Shown here piece by piece: positions 1-13,310 of a stretch of DNA of 64,000 nucleotides. The notes beneath the pieces were generated by a model that did no database searches, was not told the origin of the DNA, and was given only the letters and a program-made list of their open reading frames with translations. Within the stretch, counting starts at the first letter, position 1; each line of letters opens with the position of its first letter. The translations under genes were made by a program, and so were the position numbers. The stretch is from the NCBI RefSeq assembly GCF_001194135.2, contig NC_068985.1, forward strand, positions 47,296,346 to 47,360,345, written 5' to 3'. The DNA is from Octopus bimaculoides (lineage: Eukaryota).

Positions 1-1
1 C

Positions 2-540
2 CCCGTACATACCGACAAGACTATAAAAGCTAATAAACCGGATATTATTATAAAAGATCAGACAAAGAAGATGTGTTTATTAATTGACATGAGTATTCCC
101 TGTGATCATAATATAGCGGCGAAAGAATTTGACAAGATCAGTAAATATAAAGATGTGCTAATAGAAACTGAAAAAATGTGGCACCTCAAGGCGACTACCG
201 TACCAGTGATTATAGGATCTCTAGGAATTATAAAAAAAAAAGGTACTGAAACCTATTTGAAAATGATACTAGGCTTACCATCCCTACAGGAAGTCCCAAA
301 AATCGTGTTAACTGGTACGACTCATGTACTGAGAAGAGCATCATCGCTGTGAAAACAGCATCCGTTCATGAATTTATTTATTCATTTATTAATTTTTTTA
401 AAAATACAAATTTTACCTGTGAATTTGCGTGCGTAAACTGGGAATGCATACAATGAGCTTCTCTACCCTAGGTGTACGGAAAACACTCGGCGAGAAATGG
501 AAGAAAATTTGAAGAAAGAAGAAAAAAAAACAACAAAATA
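2..540 (+). mobile_element. 3' end of an R4/Dong-type (RLE) non-LTR retrotransposon; open frame 2-352 plus 3' UTR
   Basis: Frame from nt 2 reads PVHTDKTIKANKPDIIIKDQTKKMCLLIDMSIP...KISKYKD...MWHLKATTVPVIIGSLG...HVLRRASSL*. This is the PD-(D/E)xK restriction-like endonuclease C-terminus of R4/Dong elements, and it runs directly into (AAT)n. Confidence 0.9.
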
Positions 541-554
541 ATAATAATAATAAT

Positions 555-611
<57 letters not shown>
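537..611 (+). repeat. (AAT)n microsatellite at the LINE 3' junction
   Basis: Near-perfect ATA/AAT run. Confidence 0.95.
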
Positions 612-815
612 CCTTTCTAATATAGGCACAAGGCCTAAAATTTGGGGACGGCGTTAGCTGATTACATCGACCTCTATGTCTAGTGATACTTATTGTATCG
701 ACACCCGGAAATGATGAAAGGGAAATTCGACCTCGGCATCATTTGAAATCAGAACTTAAAACCGCAAGAAATACTACTAAGTATTTTGTTTCACGCTCTA
801 ATATCATCATCCCTC
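612..815 (-). mobile_element. tRNA-derived SINE, group A (degraded)
   Basis: Reverse complement of the group A body (…TCGACCTCGGC…TTTGAAATCAGAAC…) and tail (CCTTTCTAATATAGGCACAAGGCC). Confidence 0.75.
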
Positions 816-1152
816 TGATTTAATAACAACAACAACAACAACAATAATGATAATAACCACGAGGATGATGATGACGACGACGATGATGATGATGATGATG
901 ATGATGATGCTGGTGATGATTATATAAAGACATTCCTGAAATACAGTAGACAACATTCTGCGGCTTGTAGAGATAGCTACTCCCTCATCTCTATAGTGAT
1001 TATTAAAGCTTCAAAATTTATCTATTATTTCACAAATATTTCCTTCCGATAAATATTGATTAGATTTTCACGAAATTTCCGAATTTTCTAAAGGAGAAAT
1101 ATTGGAATCTACTGACCAGCATCATAATATTGGTCCTTGGTAATTCGCTTAC

Positions 1153-1566
1153 CAAGACCGCCGATATGTCAAAGTAGAATGTGTATAGAATGAAACTTTA
1201 TGAAATATCATTACGTCTTGTAAGTTGGGTTTTTCATTAAATTGACCTTCCCTTTGCCGGCTTAATGTTAAATGTGTTTCATAATAATATGCAAAGGAAA
1301 TTTGACAATAATAATGACATTTTGAAAATCTTCCAGATATGCATGGTTGATGATAGTCTGTATGAAGAATCTGTCGATATATATGTATGCAGAAAGGAAC
1401 GTCTGCCTGGTTAGATTTGTGATTCTCTAAGAATGTATTGATCAAAACGCTGTCGACATGAAATGAAGTAGTAATGATGATGATAAGAGTAGAGATAAGG
1501 GTGATTTTTGTCCCTTGATAGAGGGTGTACGATGTAATTTCTTCAGCGGCGCAAAGGATGTTGGAG
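1153..1566 (-). CDS. Candidate internal exon of an unidentified gene
   Basis: Strong acceptor (TTTACATTTTTTACTGCAG|) and donor (TG|GTAAGC) bound 414 bp, a multiple of 3, that is fully open in phase 2-2 (SNILCAAEEITSYTLYQG...THSTLTYRRSW). No recognisable domain; part of the frame is a degenerate GAT repeat. Confidence 0.35.
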
Positions 1567-1674
1567 CTGCAGTAAAAAATGTAAATGATAAATAGAGTAA
1601 TAGACAAAATACTGTAAGCAAGTTGTGTTTAGGTGAATCAATCTGACTATTATATCTCCTCCTTTTTTTTATAA

Positions 1675-1875
1675 GGCGGTGAGCTAGCCGAATCGTTAGC
1701 ACGCCAGAAGAATGCTTAACAGCTCTTTATCCATCTTAATGTTCCGGGTTCAAATTCTACCGAGGTCATCAATTCGGAGATGATAAAATAAATTCTACTC
1801 TTGTACTAGGGGACGATGTAATCGACTTGCCTCCTCCCGCCAAAATTTCATGCCTAGTGCCTATAATAGTAAGGA
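1675..1875 (+). mobile_element. tRNA-derived SINE, group A
   Basis: Head GGCGGTGAGCTAGCCGAATCGTTAGCACGCC, B-box-like GGGTTCAAATTCT, group A tail. Confidence 0.8.
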
Positions 1876-2917
1876 TTATATCACTCTTTTACTTGTTGCA
1901 GCCTGCGAGTTTTGACCATATTGGTAGGTAGAAAATTTTCCTTTGCAATATAGACGTTTTCTAATATTAGCCCCGCATTGATGAAATTATCATTAGCTGT
2001 GATTCCAGGAGAAACTACTAAAGACTTTCGATTAAGAACTAACGATCTGCCAATTAATAACTATCGATCTGGCTGTCTGTATCTATATTTACACACACAC
2101 ACACACACACACATACACACACACACATGTATTTAATTTTATCCCTTTATTTCCTTAATTTTCTCTCTTCATTTCCTTAACCAGCAATCCCACTTCTGTC
2201 ATTACTGACTTTTGTTTCATTAGGGTCAATGATATGATATCAATTTAATATGTTGGAATCGATTAAAGAAAATATTGTCTTCAGCATATTGTGTTATACT
2301 GTGCAACAGGAAGTTGTACGCATCCTATGTGCAGGCTTTCCATTTCAGAAGTAAGGTGTTTTGTTTCTGAGGCAGTATAACATCGGGCATGGAAACGAAT
2401 GTCAGAACCTGTTTAGTCAACATTTTATGATATTTATAAGAGCTCGTGTCAAAAGAAAGAAACGTTTAGCCTATCTTTTGCTAACTGTGGTCTATGCTGG
2501 TGTTATGCATAACTTGCGACTAATTATGACATACATAAAAGTTAGAAAAGGAAATAAAAATTGTAAAAATAAAAGCAGTTTATTTTATTTTCTTATTCTG
2601 CCATACATAGCTCGTTTCATAACTGGAGGCTTGAAACGTTTTTCTGACACACAAAGTTAGCTGGGTTTGGGAAATAGTGTAACGATGCATTTATTGATTG
2701 TTTTATATTAACGAATTATCGCCGTGAAATTCCTGTTAGTTGTTAAAGAAAATGTGTACCGAATTAAATTAAATTCTATTGCGTTCAAAACAATGATCCA
2801 TTATGGATGACTGATTAAAATGTTGGACAGATATTTCACATTTCTATGACAATGGAAATAAATTCAAGCAAAAACAATTACGCAACAAAATATTCATTAG
2901 CGGCAGAGGCAATATTA

Positions 2918-3282
2918 CTAACGAACGGTAGTATTTATGTCCAAGGTGGATATTTTGTTAGAATAAATGATACTACAGAAGATACCATGAGAGAAGGTCT
3001 CATATGAGTTTTTGATGTTAACGATATGATACTTATTGTCTGTAGATGGTCTATCCTTGTGGAATGTTATGTGTATTCTACATACACTGATGTTAAAATA
3101 TGGTTCCCTGTGCACCCTGTTGAACTTTTCTTCTAACCCTTGATATTCAAAATGCACAAAATAAAAATTTCCAGGTTTATTTACAGACACGCTACATGGT
3201 AACGTTGATTCATTAATTCTCATACCCAAATCAAAAACCGCTTCACTGTCGTTCGATTGATGGATTGGATAGCAAAATCTCC
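2918..3282 (-). CDS. Candidate exon of an unidentified gene (about 120 codons, non-repetitive)
   Basis: Acceptor TTGCACTTTGTAG| followed by an open frame RFCYPIHQSNDSEAVFDLGMRINESTLPCSV...HGIFCSIIYSNKISTLDINTTVR*. Rich in Cys and aromatic residues, but no family recognised. An ORF this long can occur by chance about once per window. Confidence 0.3.
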
Positions 3283-3385
3283 CTACAAAGTGCAAGTTAA
3301 TGGTTTAAATATGGATTGAGACATTCAGAGTTGTCAGGCCAGCTCCATAACATGTAGCGGATTGTGTCATAGCGTAAACCAAATA

Positions 3386-3540
<155 letters not shown>

Positions 3541-3575
3541 TTGATAGTTTGTTAGTACATTAATGTACACACAAA

Positions 3576-3775
3576 GGCGGCGTGCTGGCGGATCGTTCCC
3601 GTGTCAGAAAAAAAATCTTGTCGACATTTCTTCAGACTTTACGTTCTGAGTTCAAATGCCACCGGGGTCGACTTTACTTTTCATCCTTTCGGAATCATTA
3701 AAGGTCGATGTAACCGACTCACCCACCACTCGAAATTTCTAACCTTCAGACAAAATTTGAAATCAGAAAAATAAT
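3576..3775 (+). mobile_element. tRNA-derived SINE, group A
   Basis: GGCGGCGTGCTGGCGGATCGTT head; TTACGTTCTGAGTTCAAAT…GGGTCGACTTTACTTTTCATCCTTTCGG body. Confidence 0.8.
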
Positions 3776-5143
3776 ACAGACAGACAAACACACGCACAGA
3801 AGCGCGAACACACTTACATACAAGTACGTGTAGAGCGGCTTTCATTTTGGTGGTTGATAATTTAATATGACATATAACAGCTTCCTTACATTTAGAAAGA
3901 ATTATTTCAAAGTCGCACGTCACCTGAATTAAGACAAATATCATCGTGAATTTTGTTTTCCCCCGATGTGTTATCGAATACGGCCTGAATTACATACGCG
4001 TTTTGAAAAGATACAGGACGGTTTTGGCGAAAAATTCTTTTACACATTCTGCTTACTCTAGTTCACTAAAAAAGGAGATAACAGGAATATGAGAACTCGA
4101 AAGGGAAATTATCCATACAATGACAACATTGATAATGGGTACCAGCAAATACATAATCAAAACACCTGAACCGACACACGTTTAGAATATCATAAACATT
4201 TCAGTTCATTAGTCACTTTTAGTCATCACAGCTAAGGTCATGCTAGAGCACATCGCATACATTATGTAGAGAAGTCTCACTACAAGACACACAAAGATGC
4301 ACTTGGTTATGCAGCGAAATCTCGCAATCATTAATAATAGCAATGATTATCAATAATGAGGTGAAAGGGAATACAGAAGATGACGAAATGATACTGCAGT
4401 AACAGGCAAGAAAGGAAAACAAACAAAAGCAAAACAAAAGCAAAATAAATAAATAAACAATACGAAATTAATGCATCAAAACAGTAACAACAATAAACCA
4501 ATCACAGTAACAACAACAACAATAACATCATCAGCAACAACAACAGCAAGCAGCAACAACGAAAACGATAACAATAACAGTGCAGTAACAGTTTACACAC
4601 AGCAAAATCGAAATCTCATTAAAGCTTCATTGATTAAGAATTATTATTTGACTGGTTCATTACATTTTTGGAGCAAGAAGAAGACAAATGATATGGTGTC
4701 CTTAACTAGTTTTACGCGTGTTGTTATTAACTGGTGCTACATTATAGGGCGTTCTCCTTTTGTTTCTCGACATTATTATGTCTCTTTACATTGTAGTAGT
4801 AGTGGTGGTGGTGGTGGTGGTGATGGTTATTGTTGTGGTGGTTATTTTTTGTATTATGTATTGAACAGAATATTAATACGGCGATTCAGCAGGCGAATTG
4901 TTTTTGGCAATCTAAGCGCAATCTAATACGCTATCATTATGAAAACAAAAGGGGGTAGGAAAAAAAAAAACGAGAAGAAACCCTTAAAAGAGTTTAAAAA
5001 ATATAATAACTAATACTCCCTTGGATATTGAGGTATTAGATAGTATAAATAGAAAAAAAAAAAGACGTGATGACCATGGCTAGAAAGCATTAGATCATAC
5101 ATCAGGTCGATCATCTAATCTGAATTTACATAACAATACACAA

Positions 5144-5153
5144 ATCATCATCG

Positions 5154-5224
<71 letters not shown>

Positions 5225-5230
5225 GTCGTC
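5144..5230. repeat. (ATC)n(GTC)n compound microsatellite
   Basis: Direct inspection. Confidence 0.95.
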
Positions 5231-5244
5231 AACAACAGCAAGTG

Positions 5245-5455
5245 ACTCTGATTTCGGCTCAAGGCAAGGAATTTTGACGAGGGGGCGTGTGTTTGTCGCT
5301 TTCATCGACGCCAAGACATGATTGTTACTTTCGAATAATGAAAGGTAAATTTGACCTCGGCAGGATGTGAATTCAGAATATAAAAACCAAAAACTGATAC
5401 AAAAAAAAAAAAAGCAGAATATTTTCCCGACTTTGCTATCGAATCTGTCACCTTA
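5245..5455 (-). mobile_element. SINE group A, degraded
   Basis: ATGAAAGGTAAATTTGACCTCGGCAGGATGTGAATTCAGAA matches the reverse complement of the group A core. Confidence 0.6.
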
Positions 5456-5956
5456 ATAATGAAGGCAGCAACAACAACAAAAATAGATTTTATGATAATG
5501 ATGATAACAACATATTCGCCACAATACGGCTTCCTGGAAGTCGTGTGTCAGCCACCATCCCTGTAAATATCCTTTAATTGTTTTTTAACTGTGTATTATT
5601 ACTGCTAAAAGATTTTACAAGAAATCATAGAGTTGGTCTCGAGAACACAGTAATTTATTGTATTGTCAAATGTGTCACATTTGGACTTGCCATGCTGCTG
5701 CAGTACTGTGCCGCAATTGGTCCAGTCGGCTGGGGTTTGATTGAGAAGAACTACGATCAAAGATAATATAGTGTTTATATCTACGTTAATGTTATTCAGC
5801 AGGTGTAACTCAGTGGGATTTGCTTGTTTTTTTCTAGTGGATAAATCATTTCTAGTATTGTTTGATCCTATTTAAGTATACAGTGAAGCATTTATGTGAG
5901 TCATCGCTGATACTGAAACATGCTGGATACATTTTAATTTTCCGACATATTAATAT

Positions 5957-6174
5957 ATTGGTTTAAAATTTTGGCTCTATGCCAACAAGTTCGGTGGTTG
6001 AGGTAAGTCGATTACATCTACACCAGTACTTGACTGGTACTTATTTTATCGAATCCGAAAGGATGGAAGGCAAAGTCGACCTCGGTGGAATTTGAACTCA
6101 GAACGTAAAGACAGACGAAATACCGCTAAGCATTTTGGCCGGCGTGCTAAAAATTATACCAGCTCACTGCCTTA
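5957..6174 (-). mobile_element. SINE group A (downstream unit of a head-to-tail pair)
   Basis: Well-conserved GAAGGCAAAGTCGACCTCGGTGGAATTTGAACTCAGAACGTAAAGACAGACGAAATACCGCTAAGCATTTTGGCCGGCGTGCTAA. Confidence 0.9.
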
Positions 6175-6189
6175 TACTGTACATCAATT

Positions 6190-6374
6190 TTGCTTTCAAA
6201 TTTTAGCACAAGGTTAGCAATTTCGGGGGAGGGATGAAGTGTTCAACTGATACTCTTTTTATCGAGCCTGAAAGGATAGAAGGCAAAGTCGACCTCAGTG
6301 GAATTTGAACTCAGAAATTAAAGACGGACGAAATGTCGCTCACTATTTTGCGCGGCGTGCCACCTCTCCGCCTT
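6190..6374 (-). mobile_element. SINE group A (upstream unit of a head-to-tail pair)
   Basis: Same core, GAAGGCAAAGTCGACCTCAGTGGAATTTGAACTCAGAA. Confidence 0.85.
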
Positions 6375-7294
6375 TTCAGCATATTAATATGTTGATAATG
6401 TCACGTAAGGAGATACTCTGACATTCTTTCAAATGTACAAAACCTTCAATCAATGTTGTGTCATTTATTTCTGAAGTCATGAAATCATAAATAATTACTT
6501 CAGGGCAAAGAGTTAATCAAATAATAAAAATATTATTCATGTGTTGAATTAATTCTATTCGAAAGCAATTCTTATTACCTGCCAGTTATATTTGGAAAAC
6601 AGTTTTCACATGTCTTCATTTCCATTCATGAGGTAAGTTATCTCTAAATTCTTTCCACCATTTAGTTTATAAAATATATAAAAAAAAGTAATATTAAAAT
6701 TTTCAAGTTTGGTTGCCCGTGTGCCATTTTGGAAACAGATCATAACTACGCGAAACATAATTCAGACATCTTTTTGGATAAGTGATTGGCTGACACATCT
6801 CCAAATGTACAGTTGCCTATTTAAACCAATGACTTTTCAGAAGACGGAATGTCGAGGAATGATATTACTAATGAGTTCTTGACAAAAGCATCGTAGATAC
6901 GTATTTGAGTAATCATTGTTTCACTGTTAGCAATAGATAATATATTAAAACTTACATCAATCAAATTGAATTATGTTATATTATCAACACATTTATGCGC
7001 CAAGCTCCGATAATGCGTGTAAGCAATTAATGCGCAACTCTACTTGTATTATGTTTCAATGTGCTTGGTTTTGACTTTATTTATTAAAAAATAAAAATAA
7101 AAGTTGACTCAGTGCAATAACTTCTTCGCTTATACTTATCGAAGAATTTGAATGCCTTCTAACATACAGATCAATAACTAAGTTACTCAGTGGCCTTCCG
7201 TCTTTCGTATACTGTCTTAAAAACTGAATCCTATCTGGTTTGATATAGAAAATATCTGAAGAAGATTTGACGGCTGCAATTCGACAAAAGTCGC

Positions 7295-7574
7295 TCAATG
7301 TTGGTCCACGGTTAAACAACAATAAAAACAAAGGACAACGGCAGTAATACCAATGATGCCATCGTCACCAACAACAACGGCAACAATAGCAACAGTAGAG
7401 GAAGCCTCTATGGTGTTTCTGAGATTGGTAGAAGTAGCATCCAAATCTCCCGTGTAACACATTTCGCCTTCGAAAAAAGGGAAGTAAACATTGTCAAAGA
7501 CAGAGTTATCCCTCCAAAAACTGGTATGGTATTCACTTGAATGCACTTTTATCGTGCCCGAGCTACATCTGGAA
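7295..7574 (-). CDS. Candidate exon of an unidentified gene
   Basis: Tandem acceptors TATTTAG|TTCCAG| followed by an open frame CSSGTIKVHSSEYHTSFWRDNSVFDNVYFPFFEGEMCYTG.... The apparent TM segment coincides with a degenerate AAC-type triplet repeat. Confidence 0.2.
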
Positions 7575-8268
7575 CTAAATAATAGCAAGCATCACCACCA
7601 CCGCCACCACCATAACAATAACAGCAATGCACCAATACATTAATTTACGCATTCGATTAGGAAATATTGCCATCTTACAACGTAATACATTTAAATATAT
7701 AATAAATGCATCTAAAAAATGCACTACATTCCATATGTGTTTGAAACAAAATGTAATACACGTACAAAGCTATGACAAGGTGAGGCATTTTGGAATAAAT
7801 GCGAATATTTAACGATTATTATTTTATTTACTTTTTAAACAGATAAAAACTTAAATACACTTAACGACATAGCTGACTTATTTACATTTATGTTTAGACC
7901 TCCAAATATTTACTGCTTATATTAATATATACCTTTGCCTACACACATATATATATATACATATATGAAAATGTTTGTCTCTGCGTGTATATTGATATAT
8001 GTTAATAACTATCTTTTCTACTTTTGCACTACAACTATTGGTTTCATTCTAATGTTGCTCTTTATGTAATGTAGGGATAAAGTTTACTTTTCTTTCTTTA
8101 TATTCTAAATCTTTTAAAACATAATTTTTAAAGACTCACTAAAGTAGGAATAATAGTTCCAAATTACCTGAAGAGCCATATGACTGCATAATAGTTTGAA
8201 GGAGGAATATCCAGCTATTTACAAAATATACATTTGAGATCACTTTAAGTAAACATGCTTTTCATTCG

Positions 8269-8308
<40 letters not shown>

Positions 8309-8594
8309 CACATGCACACACATATATATGTCTATATCTCTATTTCTCTCTCTCATTCTCTCTGTTTCTCTCTCCAGACACACATAAGCGCGGATGCGCA
8401 GATATTTTGTTTATTTTGTGGTTACAGAATATGAAAGTGTTCCATACAACTTTATATTGGAAGTGAGTAGTGTCTTAGTTATATTTAATCTACGGCAGGT
8501 AAATAGAAATTCTTGTTCACCTCACGTAAACAAACTTAGATACGTACACCGGCAAACCCATTACATAAGCAGTTTGTGTACATGCATGTGTAAC

Positions 8595-8635
<41 letters not shown>

Positions 8636-8658
8636 TGTGTGTGTGTGTNNNNNNNNNN

Positions 8659-8700
<42 letters not shown>

Positions 8701-9119
8701 TGTGTGTGTGTGTGTGCACGAGTGCGGATAACAAATATACAACATGCAAACATACTTACACGTTAATAATTCTCTATCTCGTCTCTATAATATGTTTGTA
8801 TTTACACACACATCTACGGAATGCTTCTTTATCTGTCACCAAAACGCCTCACAATCTGTGTTGGTTTGTTTATCTTCCTGTAGAATGTGAGTAGAAGGTG
8901 TTGCCCAATCATGGCTGCAATCTAATGATTGATAATAGTAAAAGTAAAGATAATGTTAAAAGATAATATGAATTAGTATTAATTTATGTGTGTGGCTTTC
9001 CTGCTACTTGGAAGATGTGTGGTAAACTGGAGTAATTTTCCTGAAATTGCAATCTTGTATCAATTATGTAAATTCAACAAATTTAAGTACATTGATCCAT
9101 GTGCTCTGCGCATATACTA

Positions 9120-9337
9120 GTTTTGAATTTGGACACAAGAACAGCAATTTCGTGGATTTCTTGGGAATAAGTGGATTTCATCGATTGCAGGGTACAACTG
9201 GCACTTATTCTATCGATTTCCCAATGACGAAAGGTAAAGTCGATCGCAGTGGAATTTGAACCCAGCTGGTAAAGATGGACAAAATGTCACAAAGTATTGT
9301 ACCTGGCGTGCTAAAGATTCTACCAACTCGTCGCCGT
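9120..9337 (-). mobile_element. SINE group A (tandem pair, unit 1)
   Basis: GAAAGGTAAAGTCGATCGCAGTGGAATTTGAAC…GGCGTGCTAAAGATTCTACCAACTCGTCGCC. Confidence 0.8.
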
Positions 9338-9350
9338 AGTTTGTACGTAT

Positions 9351-9568
9351 TTTGGCTTCAAATTTTGCACACAAGTCCAGCAATTTTGGGGGCAGGGTGT
9401 AAGTTGATTACATCGGCCTCAATACTCAGCTTTTATTTATTTTATTCCTCGCGAGTATGAAAGACAAAGGCGACCTGGTCGGCACCTGAAGTCAAAACGT
9501 AAAGACGGTCGAAATGACGCTACGCCTTTTATCCCATGCGGTAGTGATTCTGCCAGCTCACCACCTTA
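9351..9568 (-). mobile_element. SINE group A (tandem pair, unit 2) with decayed TSD
   Basis: Group A body ending GATTCTGCCAGCTCACCACC; flanked by TAGTTTGTACGTAT and TAGTCTGTACATAT. Confidence 0.8.
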
Positions 9569-10933
9569 GTCTGTACATATATTGATGTGATACGAACAAT
9601 TAGAGCTTTCTTCTCTTGTTTCAATCTCGATTAATTGGATTACCGTCTACTTCCTACGCATACAGACCTAGGAATGTAAACATTATTCTACCAACGCTCT
9701 ATTCCCACCCTCCAAACCATTTACTGCAAGCAAAACAGCAACATAACTTACGCACATGCATTTACAAACTCCTGCAATACTACCCATACACACACACACA
9801 CACACACACACACGCACGCACGCGCACACACATATGTACATAACCTCTCATACAGACTCACAAATAATATGGTTTGGCTAATTTATTTAAGCAAACGCTC
9901 ATCATATTTACCAACAGTGGAATGCTATTTTGCGCTGAACAGTTTTAATTCGCTTGATAAAATTTTGCAATTATATCGAACGGTATAGTTAACATCAAAA
10001 GCCGTTCTGTTAAATTTGGAGAACAATTGCACTGTTGTTCTTTCAGTGAAAATGAACAAAATATTTTCAAGTGTTGTTATTTGAATAAAACAAAAAAAAA
10101 GTATGGAATAATAAAAAGAAAATCATGTTTAAGAACCGTTGCTTTGAAGAGCTAATTTTGTACATTCGTTTGATGAAGTATCTCAGGATAATTTCAGATG
10201 TTTCCAATTCTATTATTAAAACACTACGATTTACAACAAATCATAAGCATTACTTGCAGATTTTATTTTTCTGATTTAACATCCAAGTGAAAATACATTT
10301 AAACCTACTTAAAATTTAGAAAAACCTCTTGTTGAAATTATGTGTGGAATGTCAGTAAAATGTGTAAGTTTTCCGAACAGAATTTACAGATTGCTCTCAT
10401 AATAAATTATTAATCCTTCGTAAATCTTCCTAAATACAATATCGTTAATAAGTAACGGCGATAGTCATGGAAGCTTAGAGTTTTTAATTAGATGCTCGTT
10501 ATGCAAGAGTCTGATTAATTAGTAATGTTTCACTTCTCTTCTCAAGCACACTGCTCATGATATAAGTGAGTAATTTTGAATCTTGCAATGATGTAAAAAC
10601 GGCAAGAATATAATAAACACAAATCACGAAAAAAAAAAAGGCAAAGAATTAGAACAAAACAAAACAGGATAAACCATCTGATAAGAGTGACATAGTGAAG
10701 TGATTGGGTTTGGTATTTCTAATTAAGCACCAACAGCTATTGTTTAGTTTGTAGTGTAATTTCACTGAACGCATATCTTTCTACTGGATGGCGAAGTAAT
10801 TCTTTGAATAGAAGTGATTCTTGTAGTGAGAAATCTTTAATGTGAAATCCGGGGCAACATGGATCAATTGTAACGTAGAAAATAACTTCACACTCTGGGC
10901 CTGAGACAGAGTCAGCAATTTATAAATAGAGAG

Positions 10934-10935
<2 letters not shown>

Positions 10936-11005
<70 letters not shown>
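10936..11005. repeat. (TG)n(AG)n microsatellite
   Basis: Direct inspection. Confidence 0.95.
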
Positions 11006-11006
<1 letters not shown>

Positions 11007-11364
11007 GCTTGTGCTATGTTTGTATAACCGGATTACTCGAATCTACAGCGACGGCTTCAACCTTAAAACAAAAAAAATTGGAATTAACATCCTGTATACA
11101 ATTTTAGTCACCCGTACAAATAATTCATTCGTAAATTCCGAAATTAAAACTTTTATAAAGAAAAAAAAGACAACAACACACATATAAGGTTGCATTATTT
11201 GTTTTAGTATGGAGACGTGCAACAGTCACTTCGAAACTATTATGATGAAATTAGTGTTGCCAATACAAGCTAACTAGAAATATATATGGGATGAATCCAA
11301 GACGAATTTTATATTTTAGTATAATTATTTTTATATGAGCAAAAGCAGAAGACTACCTGATAAA

Positions 11365-11550
11365 TAAAGCGCCCGAGAAAATATGTAACGATTTTAACGG
11401 TTCTTTATGCTCTCGGTTCAAATCCTAACGAATTCGCTGTTGTGTTTCATTTCTCCGGGGTCCATAAGATGTACAATTCATGCACTGGTATCGATGTAAT
11501 AGAAAAATGTCATCCCCTGAAATTTGCTATCTTTGTGTCTACTACTAGAC
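11365..11550 (+). mobile_element. SINE group A, highly degraded
   Basis: CTCGGTTCAAATCC…TTTCATTTCTCCGGGGTCCATAAGATGTAC…ATCGATGTAAT…CCCCTGAAATTTGCT follows the group A layout. Confidence 0.55.
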
Positions 11551-13039
11551 TTGAGCCTACGTTACAAACAGTTATTTCAGCAACCATGAGAGGTAGATAA
11601 AATCAGTTTCAGATTTCATGATGAACTTATCATTGAAGTGTAGACTTCATTATATTCGCCAAAGTGGTGACGGAATATTCCCTGATAGATGTATAATAAC
11701 GTACCCTAAAAAGCACGAAGAAATGTAAAATAATGTAGGAAATACAAGATGCAATTCCAAAGAAGTTAATTATTGATTAAGTAGTTTACATTAATGAAAT
11801 TAACATCAAAATTAAAGAATTTACGTTATATTAGATAGAAGGTTTATACTATGTAGGACTAAATGAGCGAACATGTGTTCACAAACATTGGAGCTATGAC
11901 TCTCGCATTTTCTTTTATCTGGTTGCAATATCTGGAAGGTGAAACGATCTCGTAGGTACTCTTTCGTTGGTCCATAAACGCTAATTGTTTTAATGAAGAA
12001 AAAATTAATTTGTATTAAATATGTGAAACCATGAATATAAATTAGCTAATTGAATACAAAATACAGAAATTCAGACATAACAAGATAAACGCGCATACAC
12101 ACTCGCACATTTTAAACCTGGCATTTGAATCGACTTGGTTATATCAGTATGATACAGAGAAGCTTTAAATAAGATGATAGCTACATTACATACCAGTTTT
12201 CCCCTTCATATACAATTAACTGTATTCTCCTGCAATGTTCCAGGCCAATACAATTATAAATACGTACGAAGCGTCGGTAGAGTTTAAAGTTGAAGACATT
12301 TAGTGTGTCGTATAATTGAAAGCTTGTTTCGTTAGCGTTAGATTCCTAATGAAAACCCACAATTCCATGTAGACCTGAACAATTAGCAACTGAGAAACAC
12401 TTTTGATACATCATCCCATTCTTCGAATTTCCTTCTCCCCTTGCAGAAGCGCAGAATACTAACGTTTAAGTGTGCTGCAAGACATTTGGTCCTGTGTAAA
12501 TGATTGATATGTCTGCACAGGCTAAAGGATATAATTAGCAAATTGCTATAAATGTGTGCACATACATATATACATAGATACATACATACATACATACAGC
12601 ATACATACGCACATATATGTATGTATATGTAGATTCATATATCCCTATATGTATACAAAAGAAGTGTGAAAGACATGTACATATATATGTATATATGTGT
12701 GTATGTATACACACGCACAAGCGTATATCTGTTTGTAAATGCTTGTGTGGATGTGTGAGTATAGGTATCTGTATATGTGTATGTCTATATGTAAACGTAT
12801 TGGAGCATAGAAGTGATAACGATGTAGTATGACATTTAAATACAATTAGCCATTAGTTGTTGAGGCAGCGTTAGAAGCTCCAGTCATATAGCAAAACTAG
12901 ATTCAACTATTTAGTTATAACTAAGATCAGTAATTCTAGCGATGACCATCACTCACAAATGAACTCCTGCTGAGCACTTAAACAACCTTACAAAACAGAC
13001 AGTGCATATTAGTACACTGTGTTCTTTCATGACAATGGT

Positions 13040-13310
13040 GTTATTTGGAAGTCAACAATCTTGATCACAGTAGCTGAATATTGATGCCAAATTTGAATTC
13101 AGAACCTCATATTAGTTATAGAGCAAGTGAGAAAAGCTCAGTTGGAGACCAGAAGGAAATGAGCTGTGATCTGGTTAGCACGGCTGACCCACCATCGTCT
13201 CGATGTTATATGAAGCAGTTCAGAGTCAAAACCGAACGGAAATTGGACGCTTGTCTACTGACATCATTACTTCCAGGTCAATGGAAAGAAAACGTAGAGA
13301 TATAACGATG
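13040..13310 (+). mobile_element. Possible RTE-clade LINE RT remnant
   Basis: Broken frames give LGSQ…NIDAKFEFR and ERKLDACLLTSLLPGQWKENV, resembling the RTE motifs YLGS…DAEI..RI and L..FH..CL..IL.I.W.D.V. Confidence 0.3.

Noticed and set aside
12194-12521. Minus-strand exon-like segment with acceptor CCTTTAG| and donor TG|GTATGT, Cys-rich translation
   Set aside because: The best frame has two in-frame stops and no recognisable domain; compatible with chance.
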